64,000 nt of DNA, taken from NCBI GenBank assembly GCA_018335195.1, contig JAGXKN010000013.1:1941-65940 (forward strand). Direction: 5' to 3'. A program made the position numbers and the translations under genes. This stretch comes from Desulfobacterales bacterium. Its GTDB lineage: Bacteria > Desulfobacterota > Desulfobacteria > Desulfobacterales > Desulfosalsimonadaceae. The notes beneath the pieces were generated by a model. That model saw nothing but the letters and a program-made list of their open reading frames with translations. It was not told the origin of the DNA and made no database searches. Positions 18,596-28,763 of this stretch are shown here, in pieces (the stretch's first letter is position 1; each line of letters starts with the position of its first letter).

Positions 18596-18892
18596 GTCCT
18601 CCTTTCCCGGGACGCCGGATTAATGAAATGGATCACTTAAATATAGGCGTGTTAATTATGAACATAATCCCAAAACCATTCTGAAGCAAGGAAAAAATCG
18701 CGTCCTTCGCGAATGCGGCTTATCCCGAATTTCCGTGGATTTACTGGATTGCCCGGGCACTACAAGACCGCAGCCGGCAGGTGCCACACAAATCAGGGCT
18801 TGCATTGGGCTTTTTCCGGGTTTATGTTTGCCGTTAAACGTTTCGTGAAGTCGCACAGCTTTTATTTATTCAACGCGTAAGGAGGAATTCAA

Positions 18893-19312
18893 ATGGCAGC
18901 AAAGCCTTTCAAAATCCTTTGCATCTGTCTGACAGCCGCATTTTTCACGGCGGCGGGGGCTGTCGGAGCCTTTGCAGGCGATGCCGAAAACATCGAAATC
19001 GTAACCGTTAATACCAACGAGATCATGCAAAACCACCCGGCCTTTAAAGAGGCCCAGCAGACCCTGCGGGGCGAGGCCCAGAAAATGCAGCAGCAGATGC
19101 AGAATAAGGGCCGGCAGGAGCAGCAGGCAGCCCAGCAGCAGCTCCAGCAGAGATCCCGGGAACTGCAGCAAAACGCCATGGATGATGTAAGGGCCGATAT
19201 TCAGGAAATCGCCAAGGAAAAAGGCTACAACTACGTAATGGACGAAAACGCCCTCATCTCCGGTGGCAAGGACGTCACCGACGAGATCCTGGAAGAAATT
19301 AAAACGGATTAA
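18893..19312 (+). CDS. OmpH/Skp family periplasmic chaperone
   Basis: A signal peptide, a Gln-rich coiled-coil core and a C-terminal KEKGYNYVMDENAL typical of OmpH. Confidence 0.7.
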   Translation: MAAKPFKILCICLTAAFFTAAGAVGAFAGDAENIEIVTVNTNEIMQNHPAFKEAQQTLRGEAQKMQQQMQNKGRQEQQAAQQQLQQRSRELQQNAMDDVRADIQEIAKEKGYNYVMDENALISGGKDVTDEILEEIKTD

Positions 19313-19359
19313 AAACCGGGAAGCCCGAGGGGTCCTCCCCTGCAAAAACGGGATAAAGG

Positions 19360-19397
19360 CCCGGGGCCGGTAAAAGCCGGACCCGGGGCTTTGTTTT
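19360..19397 (+). terminator. rho-independent terminator candidate after the skp-like gene
   Basis: An imperfect GC-rich hairpin, CCCGGGGCCGG-TAAAA-GCCGGACCCGGGG, followed by CTTTGTTTT. Confidence 0.45.
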
Positions 19398-19450
19398 GAT
19401 GTGTACCAAAAAAGGCTGGAAACACCGGGCGGCCTGGGTCAAAGCCTGCC

Positions 19451-20032
19451 TCAGAAATCGGATGGCAACAATAATGCGCTGTATTCATTTAATTTCCGAT
19501 CCATGGCTTTTGCATCCTCGACAAGGCGATTGAGTTCTTCCCAGAACTGTCTGCCGTGATTGCAATGCCTGACGTGGGCAAGCTCGTGGAGCAGCACGTA
19601 ATCCATGAGTTCCCGGGGAAGCAGGACGATTTTATAATTCAGGCTGAGGTTCTTCCCGGATGAACAGCTCCCCCAACGGGTTTTCTGATTCCGGATAAAA
19701 ACCCGGTTATAGGCAATGCCGTGGGCCCGGGCCAGTTCCTCCAGCCTGCCGATGATAAGGCCTTTTGCCGCCGCCCTGCTGATATAGCCGGCATCCTGCA
19801 TATATTCCCTGTGCCGGGCCTCCATCTGTTTTGTCTTTTCCTGCCGGGCCTTTATCCACCCGGCCTTTTGCCTGGCCACCTGCTCGGCGCTTTCAAAGGA
19901 GATCCCCCTGGGAACAGCCACGCGGACATTGTTAAACGGCTTTACCGTGATGTTAATGCGCCTGGCCCTGCTGCTTTGCTCAAACAAAACTTCACCGATT
20001 TCCGGCAGATCAATCGTCATGAATCTTGTCAT
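19451..20032 (-). CDS. YgjP-like M48/SprT-type metal-dependent hydrolase (DUF45)
   Basis: C-terminal HELAHVRHCNH motif. The start is chosen at MTRFMTIDLP; the ORF extends to 20095. Confidence 0.7.
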   Translation of the reverse strand: MTRFMTIDLPEIGEVLFEQSSRARRINITVKPFNNVRVAVPRGISFESAEQVARQKAGWIKARQEKTKQMEARHREYMQDAGYISRAAAKGLIIGRLEELARAHGIAYNRVFIRNQKTRWGSCSSGKNLSLNYKIVLLPRELMDYVLLHELAHVRHCNHGRQFWEELNRLVEDAKAMDRKLNEYSALLLPSDF

Positions 20033-20185
20033 TGTCAGCACTTGCCTCTTTCTACCTGCATTTACGAAAAAACCGGGCACCACCGGTGATTTCATTGTTG
20101 TTGAATTCTCAGTGTTTTGTGTTATTTGTTAAAAACGTATAAAAAATCCGTCAATCCATCCTGAATTTTTACCCGGAGCGTTCAC

Positions 20186-20953
20186 ATGGAAACAATTCCC
20201 GGAAAACCGGCCAAACGTCAATTTTTATGCACATTATGCATCCTGTTGACCTGTATTTTTATTTCAAGCCCGGCCAATGCGGAAAGTTGGTTTGAAAAAG
20301 GGCTTAAATTTCTCTCCGGTTCCGGGGAAAACGGAAGCCAGGCCGGGCCCACAACCAATGAAGTCAGCAGGGCCTTTAAACAGGCGCTGCGCATCGGGGC
20401 CGAAGACGTTGTTGCGCAACTGGGACAGAAAGACGGCTTTAATGCGGATCCGAATGTACATATCCCGCTGCCTGAAAAATTTAAGGTGGTGAAAAGCACC
20501 CTGAATAAAAGCGGGCTGTCATTTCTGATCGACGACCTGGAGTTAAAGCTCAACCGGGCGGCCGAAAAGGCCACGCCCGAGGCAAAGGCGCTTTTTATAG
20601 AGGCGATAAGGAACATGACGTTTGAAGATGCGATGCAAATATACAAAGGCCCGGCGGATTCCGCGACAAAATATTTCCAGGGCCGGATGTCAGATCCCCT
20701 GGCCGAAAAAATGCAGCCGATCGTAGAAAACAGCCTGTCCCGGGTCGGCGCGATACAGTCTTATGACCGGGTAATGGACAAATATCAATCCATGCCGTTT
20801 GTGCCGGATGTAAAAGCGAACCTGACCGGCTACGTCACGCAGAAAGGCATGGAAGGCATATTTTATTACATGGCTGAAGAAGAAGCCGCGATTCGTAAGG
20901 ATCCTGCAAAACAAACCACCGAATTGCTCAAACGGGTCTTTGGTTCCCGATAG
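20186..20953 (+). CDS. DUF4197 domain-containing secreted protein
   Basis: A signal peptide ending SPANAES. DUF4197-like blocks are EVSRAFKQALRIGAEDVVAQLGQKDGF and HIPLPEKF. Confidence 0.6.
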   Translation: METIPGKPAKRQFLCTLCILLTCIFISSPANAESWFEKGLKFLSGSGENGSQAGPTTNEVSRAFKQALRIGAEDVVAQLGQKDGFNADPNVHIPLPEKFKVVKSTLNKSGLSFLIDDLELKLNRAAEKATPEAKALFIEAIRNMTFEDAMQIYKGPADSATKYFQGRMSDPLAEKMQPIVENSLSRVGAIQSYDRVMDKYQSMPFVPDVKANLTGYVTQKGMEGIFYYMAEEEAAIRKDPAKQTTELLKRVFGSR

Positions 20954-20982
20954 TTTCCCGGGCGCTCGCCCGGGCGGGAAAT

Positions 20983-21567
20983 TTATTGGTCCGGGCTGCC
21001 CCTGAGTCCGATTTCTTCGGCCACCGGCTGCATGCCTGAGATGGTTTCCGCGATCACATCGGCGAGTTCCATGCCCAGCCACTGGCACCCGGTTTCAATG
21101 ATTTCCCGGTTGACCCCGGCGGCAAAGTGCTTGTCCTTCCATTTCTTTTTCACTGACTTGGGCTTTAAATCCAGAATGCTTTTCGACGGACGGACAAGGG
21201 CCGCAGCCGCAACCAGGCCGGTTAGCTCGTCAACGGCATAAAGGGTTTTTTCAAGCAGCGACTCGGGCTTCACATCATTTACGATGCCGTATCCGTGACT
21301 GGCCGCCGCCCGGATATATTCTTCCGGCCACCCCCTGGAACGGAGGATCTCCTCGGTTTTTTGGCAATGCTGATCCGGGAACTGCTCGTAGTCCAGATCG
21401 TGAATCAAGCCGACAATCCCCCATTTCTCAGGATCCTCTCCGAATTTTTGCGCAAAATGCCGCATGACGGATTCAACAGTAACGGCATGGGCGATCAGGC
21501 TTTTGCTTTGATTGAATTGCGTTAACAGCTCCCATGCTTGTTGCCTTGAGGGTTGCGTTGAATTCAT
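20983..21567 (-). CDS. HD/HDIG domain metal-dependent phosphohydrolase
   Basis: HAVTVESVM...GLIHDLDYE (His...His-Asp motif), 194 aa. Confidence 0.75.
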   Translation of the reverse strand: MNSTQPSRQQAWELLTQFNQSKSLIAHAVTVESVMRHFAQKFGEDPEKWGIVGLIHDLDYEQFPDQHCQKTEEILRSRGWPEEYIRAAASHGYGIVNDVKPESLLEKTLYAVDELTGLVAAAALVRPSKSILDLKPKSVKKKWKDKHFAAGVNREIIETGCQWLGMELADVIAETISGMQPVAEEIGLRGSPDQ

Positions 21568-21600
21568 GACAGCCTCCGATAGTTGTTTTGCAGAACAGGT

Positions 21601-22938
21601 TCAGGAACCCGACTCATCCCCGGGGGCTCCGGCCTCCGGATCCGAACGTTTTTCCAGCAGCACGCGCGCGGGAGATGCGGTTCCCTGCTTGTTTTCCCCG
21701 AAATAGATGGTCTGGTGCGGATACGGGATTTCAATGCCCAGCTCGTCAAACCGGTTCTTGATCCGGCGGCGGAAATCGCGTTCCAGCCGCCAGCGCATAA
21801 AAGGCAGGGTTTTAAAACGGGTCCGGACGACCACAGAGGAATCGCCCAGCTCGATTAAACCCAGTATCTGCAGATCACTGAGCATGCCTTCATTAAGCTC
21901 CGGCTCCTGCCGCATTTCCGCTGCGACCTGCTGTACCACGCTGACCACCTCGTCAACGTTTTCCCTGTAGGCAAAACCCACCTCAACCACGGCGTATCCG
22001 AAACTCCGCGTCTGGTTGGTAATCGTTTCCACTGAACTCCAAGGTACGGTATGCAGGTTGCCGTAGATATCCCGCACGGCGACGTGCCGAAGCGTCAGGT
22101 TTTCCACCTGCCCGTCATGCCCGCCGAGTATGACCCAGTCGTCCACGTTGATAACATTTTCCAGGAGCACGAAGAAACCGGTCACCAGATCCTTAACCAG
22201 GGCCTGCGACCCGAAGGCGATGGCCAGGCCGAGGATTCCGGCACCGGCCAGCATCGGGGCGATATTGATACCCAGTTCAGAAAGCACCACCAGCAGCGTG
22301 ATTATGCAGATCACTATAAAAAGCGCGATCCGGGCCGGCGGAAGCACGGTCTGGATCCGCTTTACCATTGATTCGCCCAGGTCTATGGCAAACAGATACT
22401 TGTACAGCAGGTAATTGACGAATTCCCAGAGAATGTAGGCGCCGAGCACCACGAGAACAATCGTGGCTGAACTGCCGAAGATGCTTCGGCCCGGCGGGGT
22501 GCCAATCAGGGTGTAAACATCAACGCCCCAGGCAGACAGAATACCCGTCACCACCGCAAACCCGAGGATTACCCCCGAGAAAAGCTTCACCGGCCAGGCC
22601 GAACGGACCCGGGGCAGAAGATAGCGTTTGACGCAGCGCCATAGCATATAGCCGGCAAAAAGCACCACCAGGCTGATGCCGAGGCGCTTGGCCAGGGTCA
22701 GCAAATTGGGCAGGGAACCGAAAGTATCTTCAACCACCGCCAGCGTCTCCCGGCCGGTTTGGGCAACCTCCTGCCAGAGCGCATCCGTTGACGATCCGCC
22801 CGCACCTGCGGCACTTTCTTTCCCGTCCTGCGCGGGGCCGTTTTCGGCCACCGCCAGCGGACCCACGGCAAAAAATCCCGGACAAAGAATCAATAACAGG
22901 ATGATCAGGCTTTTGGCTGGCAATTTTTCAGGTATCAC
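21601..22938 (-). CDS. mechanosensitive ion channel (MscS family)
   Basis: A signal/TM N-terminus, several TM helices and an MscS beta-domain pattern (VNVDDWVILGGHDGQVENLTLRHVAVRD). Confidence 0.8.
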   Translation of the reverse strand: MIPEKLPAKSLIILLLILCPGFFAVGPLAVAENGPAQDGKESAAGAGGSSTDALWQEVAQTGRETLAVVEDTFGSLPNLLTLAKRLGISLVVLFAGYMLWRCVKRYLLPRVRSAWPVKLFSGVILGFAVVTGILSAWGVDVYTLIGTPPGRSIFGSSATIVLVVLGAYILWEFVNYLLYKYLFAIDLGESMVKRIQTVLPPARIALFIVICIITLLVVLSELGINIAPMLAGAGILGLAIAFGSQALVKDLVTGFFVLLENVINVDDWVILGGHDGQVENLTLRHVAVRDIYGNLHTVPWSSVETITNQTRSFGYAVVEVGFAYRENVDEVVSVVQQVAAEMRQEPELNEGMLSDLQILGLIELGDSSVVVRTRFKTLPFMRWRLERDFRRRIKNRFDELGIEIPYPHQTIYFGENKQGTASPARVLLEKRSDPEAGAPGDESGS

Positions 22939-23185
22939 GCTTCGGGCTCCGTTTGATCAAAAGTGCAATCTCTTTGTTGATATATCACAAGATCGTTTTC
23001 TTTCCAAACCGGCCGTAAAGCCCGGAACAAATATCAACCCTGTGGCTGGCGGGAAATACGGGACAAGTGCGGTTTGCGCTTAAAATTTCGGACCGGGAAT
23101 TGTTGACATGAAATCAAATTTAATGGTATCAACCCTGCTTTGAACAACGTTATGTCTATAAAATTTTGTTATAAGGATTGATCCA

Positions 23186-23611
23186 ATGAGCCAGCCCCAG
23201 GAAAAAAAAACCGCCATCCCCGCTGAAAGGCGAAAACATCCCCGCATCAGCACCTCAAACGAGGTGAATTATGTTTTGCTGGATCAAAACCGCCAAAGAG
23301 TCGAGGAAGGAAAGGGACGCACCGTGAACCTGAGTCAAAGCGGCGCCCTTCTGGAGACTGCAAGTCCGCTGAAAGGCTCCTTCATTGTTCTCATGACACT
23401 TTCCCTGGACGGAGAACAGGTGCGAGTCAGAGGCCGCGTAGCCTATACCCGTGAGGCGGATCAGCCGGGCCTTCATCTGACCGGGGTCCGGTTCACCGGA
23501 TCCAAGAAGGAACATGTAAATGCCATTGTTGCATTTGTAAAAGCCTATTATCACCACAAACATTCCGGACAAAACAAGGAAGACCAGCACACCGCAGAAG
23601 AGTCCTCCTGA
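23186..23611 (+). CDS. PilZ domain protein
   Basis: c-di-GMP binding motifs RRKHPR (RxxxR) and NLSQSG (D/NxSxxG). Confidence 0.7.
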   Translation: MSQPQEKKTAIPAERRKHPRISTSNEVNYVLLDQNRQRVEEGKGRTVNLSQSGALLETASPLKGSFIVLMTLSLDGEQVRVRGRVAYTREADQPGLHLTGVRFTGSKKEHVNAIVAFVKAYYHHKHSGQNKEDQHTAEESS

Positions 23612-23675
23612 CCGCCCTGCCGGCATGAAACAACGAAAAGGCACCGGGGCGGCACCCTAAAGCCCGGCCCGGGGG

Positions 23676-24533
23676 CTACAGGTCAGCGATAAAACCGCTG
23701 TTCCGGAAAAATTCCCGGGCCTGCGGCGTGGTGATAAACTGCAGGAATTTGCGGGCGTTTTCCGGGTTCGGTCCGGTTCGAAGAGGGGCAATATAATAAT
23801 TGATGGCCTCTCTTTGATCCAGTTCTGGACCGATTTCCACGCCGTCAACCTCAAGTCCGGCCCGTTTTGCCTCGACAATTTCCGTATACCAGACCGGCCC
23901 GACATCAGCCTCGCCCCGGACCAGGCGAAGAGGCGTTTCCCTGTGGTGCACGGTGGTCAACAGCGTGGTGCCGTTTTCCCGTTTTTTTTCCAGGATCGTT
24001 TCCACCAGTTCCCGGCCGCCGGCTTGTGCGTACATGACCGCAATGTGTTCGGCAATGTGTTCATACTCGGCATTGGGCTGGGAAACAACCACATCCTCCC
24101 GGCCCAGGTCCGAAACAGCAGCAATGCCGAGGGGGTTCTTCTTTCGTACCATCAGGGCCAACCGGTTGCGCAGGTAGATGAAATGCGCATCCGGGCGGAT
24201 CATCTCCCGGTCCGCCAGCGTCCGCATGGCCTGTACGGAAACCGCGGAATAGACATCCGGGTAAAGCCTGTAGGTTTTTTCCCGGAACCGGGCCCCGCCG
24301 GCCAGAATCTGCCGAAGTTCCAGGCCGGGCGGCAGGGTCTGGTACACAATGGTTTCCACCTCCGGATAGGCTTTTTGAAACGCGCTGACCAGTTCCGGCA
24401 TGACCATGAACTGATTGCCTGCCATAAAAAGCGTCAAATCCGCACGGTCCGCCACTTCCAGGCCATGCAGGTCATCGCCGCGATCTTCCGGAATCTCGGG
24501 ATATGCCGTATGGCTCTCTGTGCCCGTGACCAT
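23676..24533 (-). CDS. periplasmic-binding-protein-like (ModA/PBP2-type) domain protein without a signal peptide
   Basis: A 285-aa ORF with SBP type II-like architecture (LTLFMAGNQ...VVVSQPN...GEADVGPVWYTE) and no N-terminal hydrophobic segment. Confidence 0.55.
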   Translation of the reverse strand: MVTGTESHTAYPEIPEDRGDDLHGLEVADRADLTLFMAGNQFMVMPELVSAFQKAYPEVETIVYQTLPPGLELRQILAGGARFREKTYRLYPDVYSAVSVQAMRTLADREMIRPDAHFIYLRNRLALMVRKKNPLGIAAVSDLGREDVVVSQPNAEYEHIAEHIAVMYAQAGGRELVETILEKKRENGTTLLTTVHHRETPLRLVRGEADVGPVWYTEIVEAKRAGLEVDGVEIGPELDQREAINYYIAPLRTGPNPENARKFLQFITTPQAREFFRNSGFIADL

Positions 24534-24572
24534 TTCCCCTTCCTGTATAACTTGCTGCTCGGGCGCCCCCCG

Positions 24573-24770
24573 CTATTTTTTCGCGGTATTGATCCCCAGG
24601 GGAACATAAAGCGGGCAGTACCCGGTAAAACCCGACATGAGCAAGGTCCCGCTGATAATCAGCAGAAGCGCCCAGTAACCCGGCAGACTGCCTGTTAAAA
24701 AAGCCGCGATAATCGCAACAGCCAAAATCAGCCGGATCAATCTGTCGATGATTCCTTCGTTTACCTGCAT
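24573..24770 (-). CDS. DUF2892 (YgaP-like) small membrane protein
   Basis: A 65-aa ORF: NEGIIDRLIRLILAVAII...GFTGYCPLY, the DUF2892 hallmark. Confidence 0.7.
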   Translation of the reverse strand: MQVNEGIIDRLIRLILAVAIIAAFLTGSLPGYWALLLIISGTLLMSGFTGYCPLYVPLGINTAKK

Positions 24771-24877
24771 TTCCGATACCTCCTGAAAGCCTTTTGGGGG
24801 GTGTATGATTGATCAGCTTGAAGCCTGTGAAAGAAAAATCATAAAGAAATCACTGAAAAAAATCAAGCGCCCGGTAT

Positions 24878-25114
24878 TCAGGAAATCTCTCTTATCCGGA
24901 CCGCATCCAGCGGGCAGGCCTCGATACAGTCCCAGCATCCCATGCACATGTCATGAAAGACCATCGGCGGCTCAAAAGCACCGTCCATCTGTTTCATGAC
25001 TTTATAGGGGCACGCTTGGGCGGCCGCACAAATCCCCGCCTCCGGGTCACATTGCCCCGGATTGCACTTTTCATAGACAACCATGGCAAATGATTTTTTT
25101 GACTGCAGGCTCAT
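24878..25114 (-). CDS. small 4Fe-4S ferredoxin-like protein
   Basis: It has one canonical CMGCWDCIEACP motif and a second Cys group CNPGQC...C...CP. It is divergent from the radical-SAM fusion gene. Confidence 0.7.
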   Translation of the reverse strand: MSLQSKKSFAMVVYEKCNPGQCDPEAGICAAAQACPYKVMKQMDGAFEPPMVFHDMCMGCWDCIEACPLDAVRIREIS

Positions 25115-25532
25115 TGGGTATCCATTATAATTTTTTCAGTATTTTTCCATCCGTCTTCCGACCGGCAACGGACAAATAGCATATTCTATCCGCTGTGACC
25201 AGAAAGGCTTCAGATAAATGAGGGCCGTTTGAAAGCTTTGCCGCCCGGTGGAAAGCAGCAGCACGGCCGATAGCGTGATCACGGGATTCCCTTTTCCATC
25301 ACATCATGGGACCTTATTGCAGCTTCGGGCCTACCGGCTTCAAGGACAAATGTCAAGTTTGCAATGCTGCCGCACGGGATTATCTTGGAGCCATGACCCG
25401 CTGTTTCTGCAATCCGGTCAAGGCGTCACTTTTCCGCCCGGCGCCGATACCGGCGGAATCTACCGGTACGGCTTGCCGTATAGCTGCGCTCGGCCTTGTT
25501 CGATATGATTACATCAATTCCGGGAGAATGAC

Positions 25533-28500
25533 ATGACTTCACTAAAGCGCTTGACATTTGAACAAACCCCGATCTATGTGCTGTCCGACCGGCCGGAATG
25601 GTTTGTGCCCGATCCGGCCGGAGACAGGCTCCTTTCAAACAGGCAAGCCAAGCCCGAAAACAGCCGGGAGCCAATGGAAGACATTCGGCACCAGCAGTTT
25701 TTCTCCCTCCTGCCGACCGCGGATCAACAGTCATACACCGGCCGCAGCGACTACCTGGAACTCGAGGGCCTCGAGGAATGCTGGCTGCACATCACGGATC
25801 AATGCAACCTTAGCTGCCGGCACTGCCTGTTTTCCTGCTCCGGTCAAACGCGAACCGCCCTGTCCCTGGCATCCGTTGAGCATGTCTTCGACCAGGCCTG
25901 CAGCCTCGGTGCGCGCGTGTTTTACCTCACCGGCGGAGAACCTATGATGCACCCGGATTTCAGGCAAATCTGCAGCCGCATCTTAACCGCCCGGACTGAT
26001 ACGCACCTGGTCATACTGACCAACGGATTGCTGCTGCCGCAGTTCATGGATCTTTTTAAAACCCTTCCCCAACAGCGCCTGCACCTGCAGATCAGCATCG
26101 ACGGCCGGGAAAAGGCACATGATGGACTCCGGGGGGCCGGTACATTCCAAAAACTGATGAAGGCAATGGAGCCCCTGGCCGATCTTGACACCCAAAAAAC
26201 CCTGGCCATGGCTGTTCATAGCGGCAATGCCGGGCAGATGGCCGACATCGTGGAGCTGGCCGCAAGGCATCGCATCTCCAGGGTACACTACCTCTGGCTC
26301 ATGATCACGGGCAACGCCGCACCCAATTCCTTTGTGCCGCCGCACCAATTGTTTGACGAACTGATCCGGGCCTGCATAGTAGCTGAGCAACGCGGGGTCA
26401 CGGTCGACAACATGGAAAACATGGCAAACCAGGTTTTTTCCGCGCCCGGAACCAAGCATGACCTTGGCAATGCCGGCTGGACATCCCTGGCGGTAGGCCC
26501 GGACGGAAATGTGTATCCCACCCCGGCGCTGATCGGCCAAATGCAGACCCGGTGCGGGCACATCTCGGAAGGCATGGAAAATCTCTGGAAAAACAGTGCG
26601 GCCTTAAAGGACCTTCGCCGGAGTTCTCTTATCCAGAGTCCGGCATATGCGGACAACCCCCTGAAATTCATCGTGGGCGGCGGCGACATTGACCACAGCT
26701 TTTACGCAGGCGGAGAACTTATCGGGCAGGATCCGTATTTGCCGCTATATAACCTCATGGCGCTCTGGCTGATCCACCGGGCAGTCCGGCAAAGCTTATC
26801 AACCAGGGGCCCGCGGATCCTGCTGAGAATGGGCGACCAGCTTCGGCAGTGCCATCAGGACGGCCGGGGCGTGTCTCTGACACACTCGAACTGCGTGCTC
26901 ACGTTTGCCGACACCAAGCGGATGGTGGGCGATTTTTACAACAATGCGGCGCAAAACCTGAACACGGATATTTCCAATCCGGTTTGCTACCCGGAGGACA
27001 CCATGGCGCATATCCCCGAAGCTTCCCGGATCCGCTCCTACGGCTGCGGCAGTCCCGTTCTCGACGCCGCCCCGGCCGCGGACCAGACCGTGGTGGACCT
27101 GGGTGCGGGCGCCGGCCTGGAATGCTTTATCGCGGCCCGACAGGTCGGGAAAAACGGGTGCGTCATCGGAATCGACATGCTCGATGAAATGATTTGCCGG
27201 GCCGAGCAGTCCGCCGAAGCCGTTGCGCAAAATCTGGGTTACAGAAACGTACGCTTTGAAAAGGGCTTTCTCGAAGAAATCCCCCTTGCAGATCAAACCG
27301 CGGACTTGGTCATCTCCAACTGTGTGATCAATCTTTCCGAAGACAAACGCAAAACGTTTTCCGAGATAATGCGGGTTTTAAAACCCGGGGGCCGGATCGT
27401 GATTTCGGACGTGGTCACGGATGCGCAGATGACGCCGGAAATCGCAAACGATGAAAAACTTCGCGGCGAATGCATCGCCGGTGCCATGCGCCAGGAGTAT
27501 CTTGTGGCCATGCTCGAGGACGCAGGATTCGGCCGGATTCAAATCCTGAAGCGCTTTTTTTACCGAAAAGTCCAGAATCACGCCTTTTATTCGCTGACCT
27601 ACAGCGCCCGCAGACCCGGGGCCGCAGAAAGCCGCCGGGTCATCTACCCGGGCCCCTATACCGCGGCGCTCACCGACAGCGGAGAAGTGCTGCTCCGGGG
27701 TCGGCCGTACACCGTGGCCTGGCCATGGGCCGCTCATGAAGATACTTCCGTGCTGGTACTCGACGAGCAGGGCAATGCCGAAAACCTTTCTTCGGAAAAC
27801 ACCTGCACCTGTTACACGCCGCCGGAAAATACCCGCTACCCGGCTCCGGATCTTCAGATCAAATCCGCTCCGCCCGCCGCCCTGTATCCGCACGGCGGCG
27901 AACTGCCCCACCCGGTGGACTGCATGCAGTGCGGAAAACCACTGATATACCTGAACCGGGAAGAACCCCGGGCTTGCGCGTTCTGTGGAGATACCGGCCG
28001 GGCCAACGCCGTCTGCGAGGCCGGCCATTTTGTCTGCGATGCATGCCACACCCGGGATGCGGGCGGAATCGTCAGCCAGGTCTGCAAACACACGAATCAG
28101 GCAGAGATGATCCCGCTGCTTGACACCATTCGCAGCCACCCGGCTTTTGCCGTTCACGGCCCTGAGCATCATTTTGCCGTGCCCGCCGTAATCGTGGCCG
28201 CTTTTGGCAACATGGGCGGAAACATCTCGGATGAAGACATTCAAACCGCCATGGATCGCGGCCGGTCGGTTCCGGGCGGGGTCTGCGCCTTCTGGGGCGC
28301 CTGCGGCGCGGCCGTGGGCGTGGGCATCGGATTCGGCGTGATTCTGCAGAGCAACCCCTTAAAGCCCGATCCGCGCCAGATGGTCCAGAAGGCGGTGGGC
28401 GCAATAATCGGTGAAATCGCGGAAACCAGGGCTGCCCGGTGCTGCCGGCGCGAATCCTATACGTCACTGATCCATGCGGCCCGGTGGTCCGGACACATCC

Positions 28501-28628
28501 TGCCGATCGCCCTGGAAGCCGGTGGAATCCCGGAATGCAGGCAGCAAACAGCCAACCGGGAATGCATCCGGCAGGCCTGCCCTTACGTCGGGGCGACCCG
28601 GCGATCCCTTGCCGTGAAAATGCAATAG
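25533..28628 (+). CDS. tri-domain fusion: radical SAM (SPASM-like, auxiliary Cys missing) + ArsM-type SAM methyltransferase + DUF5714-like Cys-rich domain
   Basis: CX3CX2C at 25803-25826 (CNLSCRHC). MT motifs are VVDLGAGAG, ISNCVINLSEDK and RVLKPGGRIVISDV, plus YGCG and GEC cysteines. The C-terminal region reads CMQCG..CAFCG..CEAGHFVCDACH..HGPEHH..PGGVCAFWGACGA..RCCRRES. Confidence 0.8.
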   Translation: MTSLKRLTFEQTPIYVLSDRPEWFVPDPAGDRLLSNRQAKPENSREPMEDIRHQQFFSLLPTADQQSYTGRSDYLELEGLEECWLHITDQCNLSCRHCLFSCSGQTRTALSLASVEHVFDQACSLGARVFYLTGGEPMMHPDFRQICSRILTARTDTHLVILTNGLLLPQFMDLFKTLPQQRLHLQISIDGREKAHDGLRGAGTFQKLMKAMEPLADLDTQKTLAMAVHSGNAGQMADIVELAARHRISRVHYLWLMITGNAAPNSFVPPHQLFDELIRACIVAEQRGVTVDNMENMANQVFSAPGTKHDLGNAGWTSLAVGPDGNVYPTPALIGQMQTRCGHISEGMENLWKNSAALKDLRRSSLIQSPAYADNPLKFIVGGGDIDHSFYAGGELIGQDPYLPLYNLMALWLIHRAVRQSLSTRGPRILLRMGDQLRQCHQDGRGVSLTHSNCVLTFADTKRMVGDFYNNAAQNLNTDISNPVCYPEDTMAHIPEASRIRSYGCGSPVLDAAPAADQTVVDLGAGAGLECFIAARQVGKNGCVIGIDMLDEMICRAEQSAEAVAQNLGYRNVRFEKGFLEEIPLADQTADLVISNCVINLSEDKRKTFSEIMRVLKPGGRIVISDVVTDAQMTPEIANDEKLRGECIAGAMRQEYLVAMLEDAGFGRIQILKRFFYRKVQNHAFYSLTYSARRPGAAESRRVIYPGPYTAALTDSGEVLLRGRPYTVAWPWAAHEDTSVLVLDEQGNAENLSSENTCTCYTPPENTRYPAPDLQIKSAPPAALYPHGGELPHPVDCMQCGKPLIYLNREEPRACAFCGDTGRANAVCEAGHFVCDACHTRDAGGIVSQVCKHTNQAEMIPLLDTIRSHPAFAVHGPEHHFAVPAVIVAAFGNMGGNISDEDIQTAMDRGRSVPGGVCAFWGACGAAVGVGIGFGVILQSNPLKPDPRQMVQKAVGAIIGEIAETRAARCCRRESYTSLIHAARWSGHILPIALEAGGIPECRQQTANRECIRQACPYVGATRRSLAVKMQ

Positions 28629-28763
28629 TACCCGATGTCTGCAGTTTTCTGATTTTGGACTTGATTCCCCGCATGTGCCGTGGAATGATCAGCCCGCATA
28701 TGACCGGAGGCCCATTTGTGTATCCGCTGTTTCGAAAACTGAGGCATTCACGGAAACCAGCCC

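Noticed and set aside
27378-28244. Long antisense or alternative-frame ORFs lie inside well-supported genes. Examples are 27378..28244(-), 30088..31014(-), 23814..24698(+), 42943..43842(-), 46474..47268(+), 58018..59253(+), 12498..13373(+) and 28072..28674(-).
   Set aside because: These are shadow ORFs typical of GC-rich coding DNA. Their translations are Arg/Pro/Gly-rich with no recognisable motifs, and each overlaps a gene with clear family signatures on the other strand or frame.
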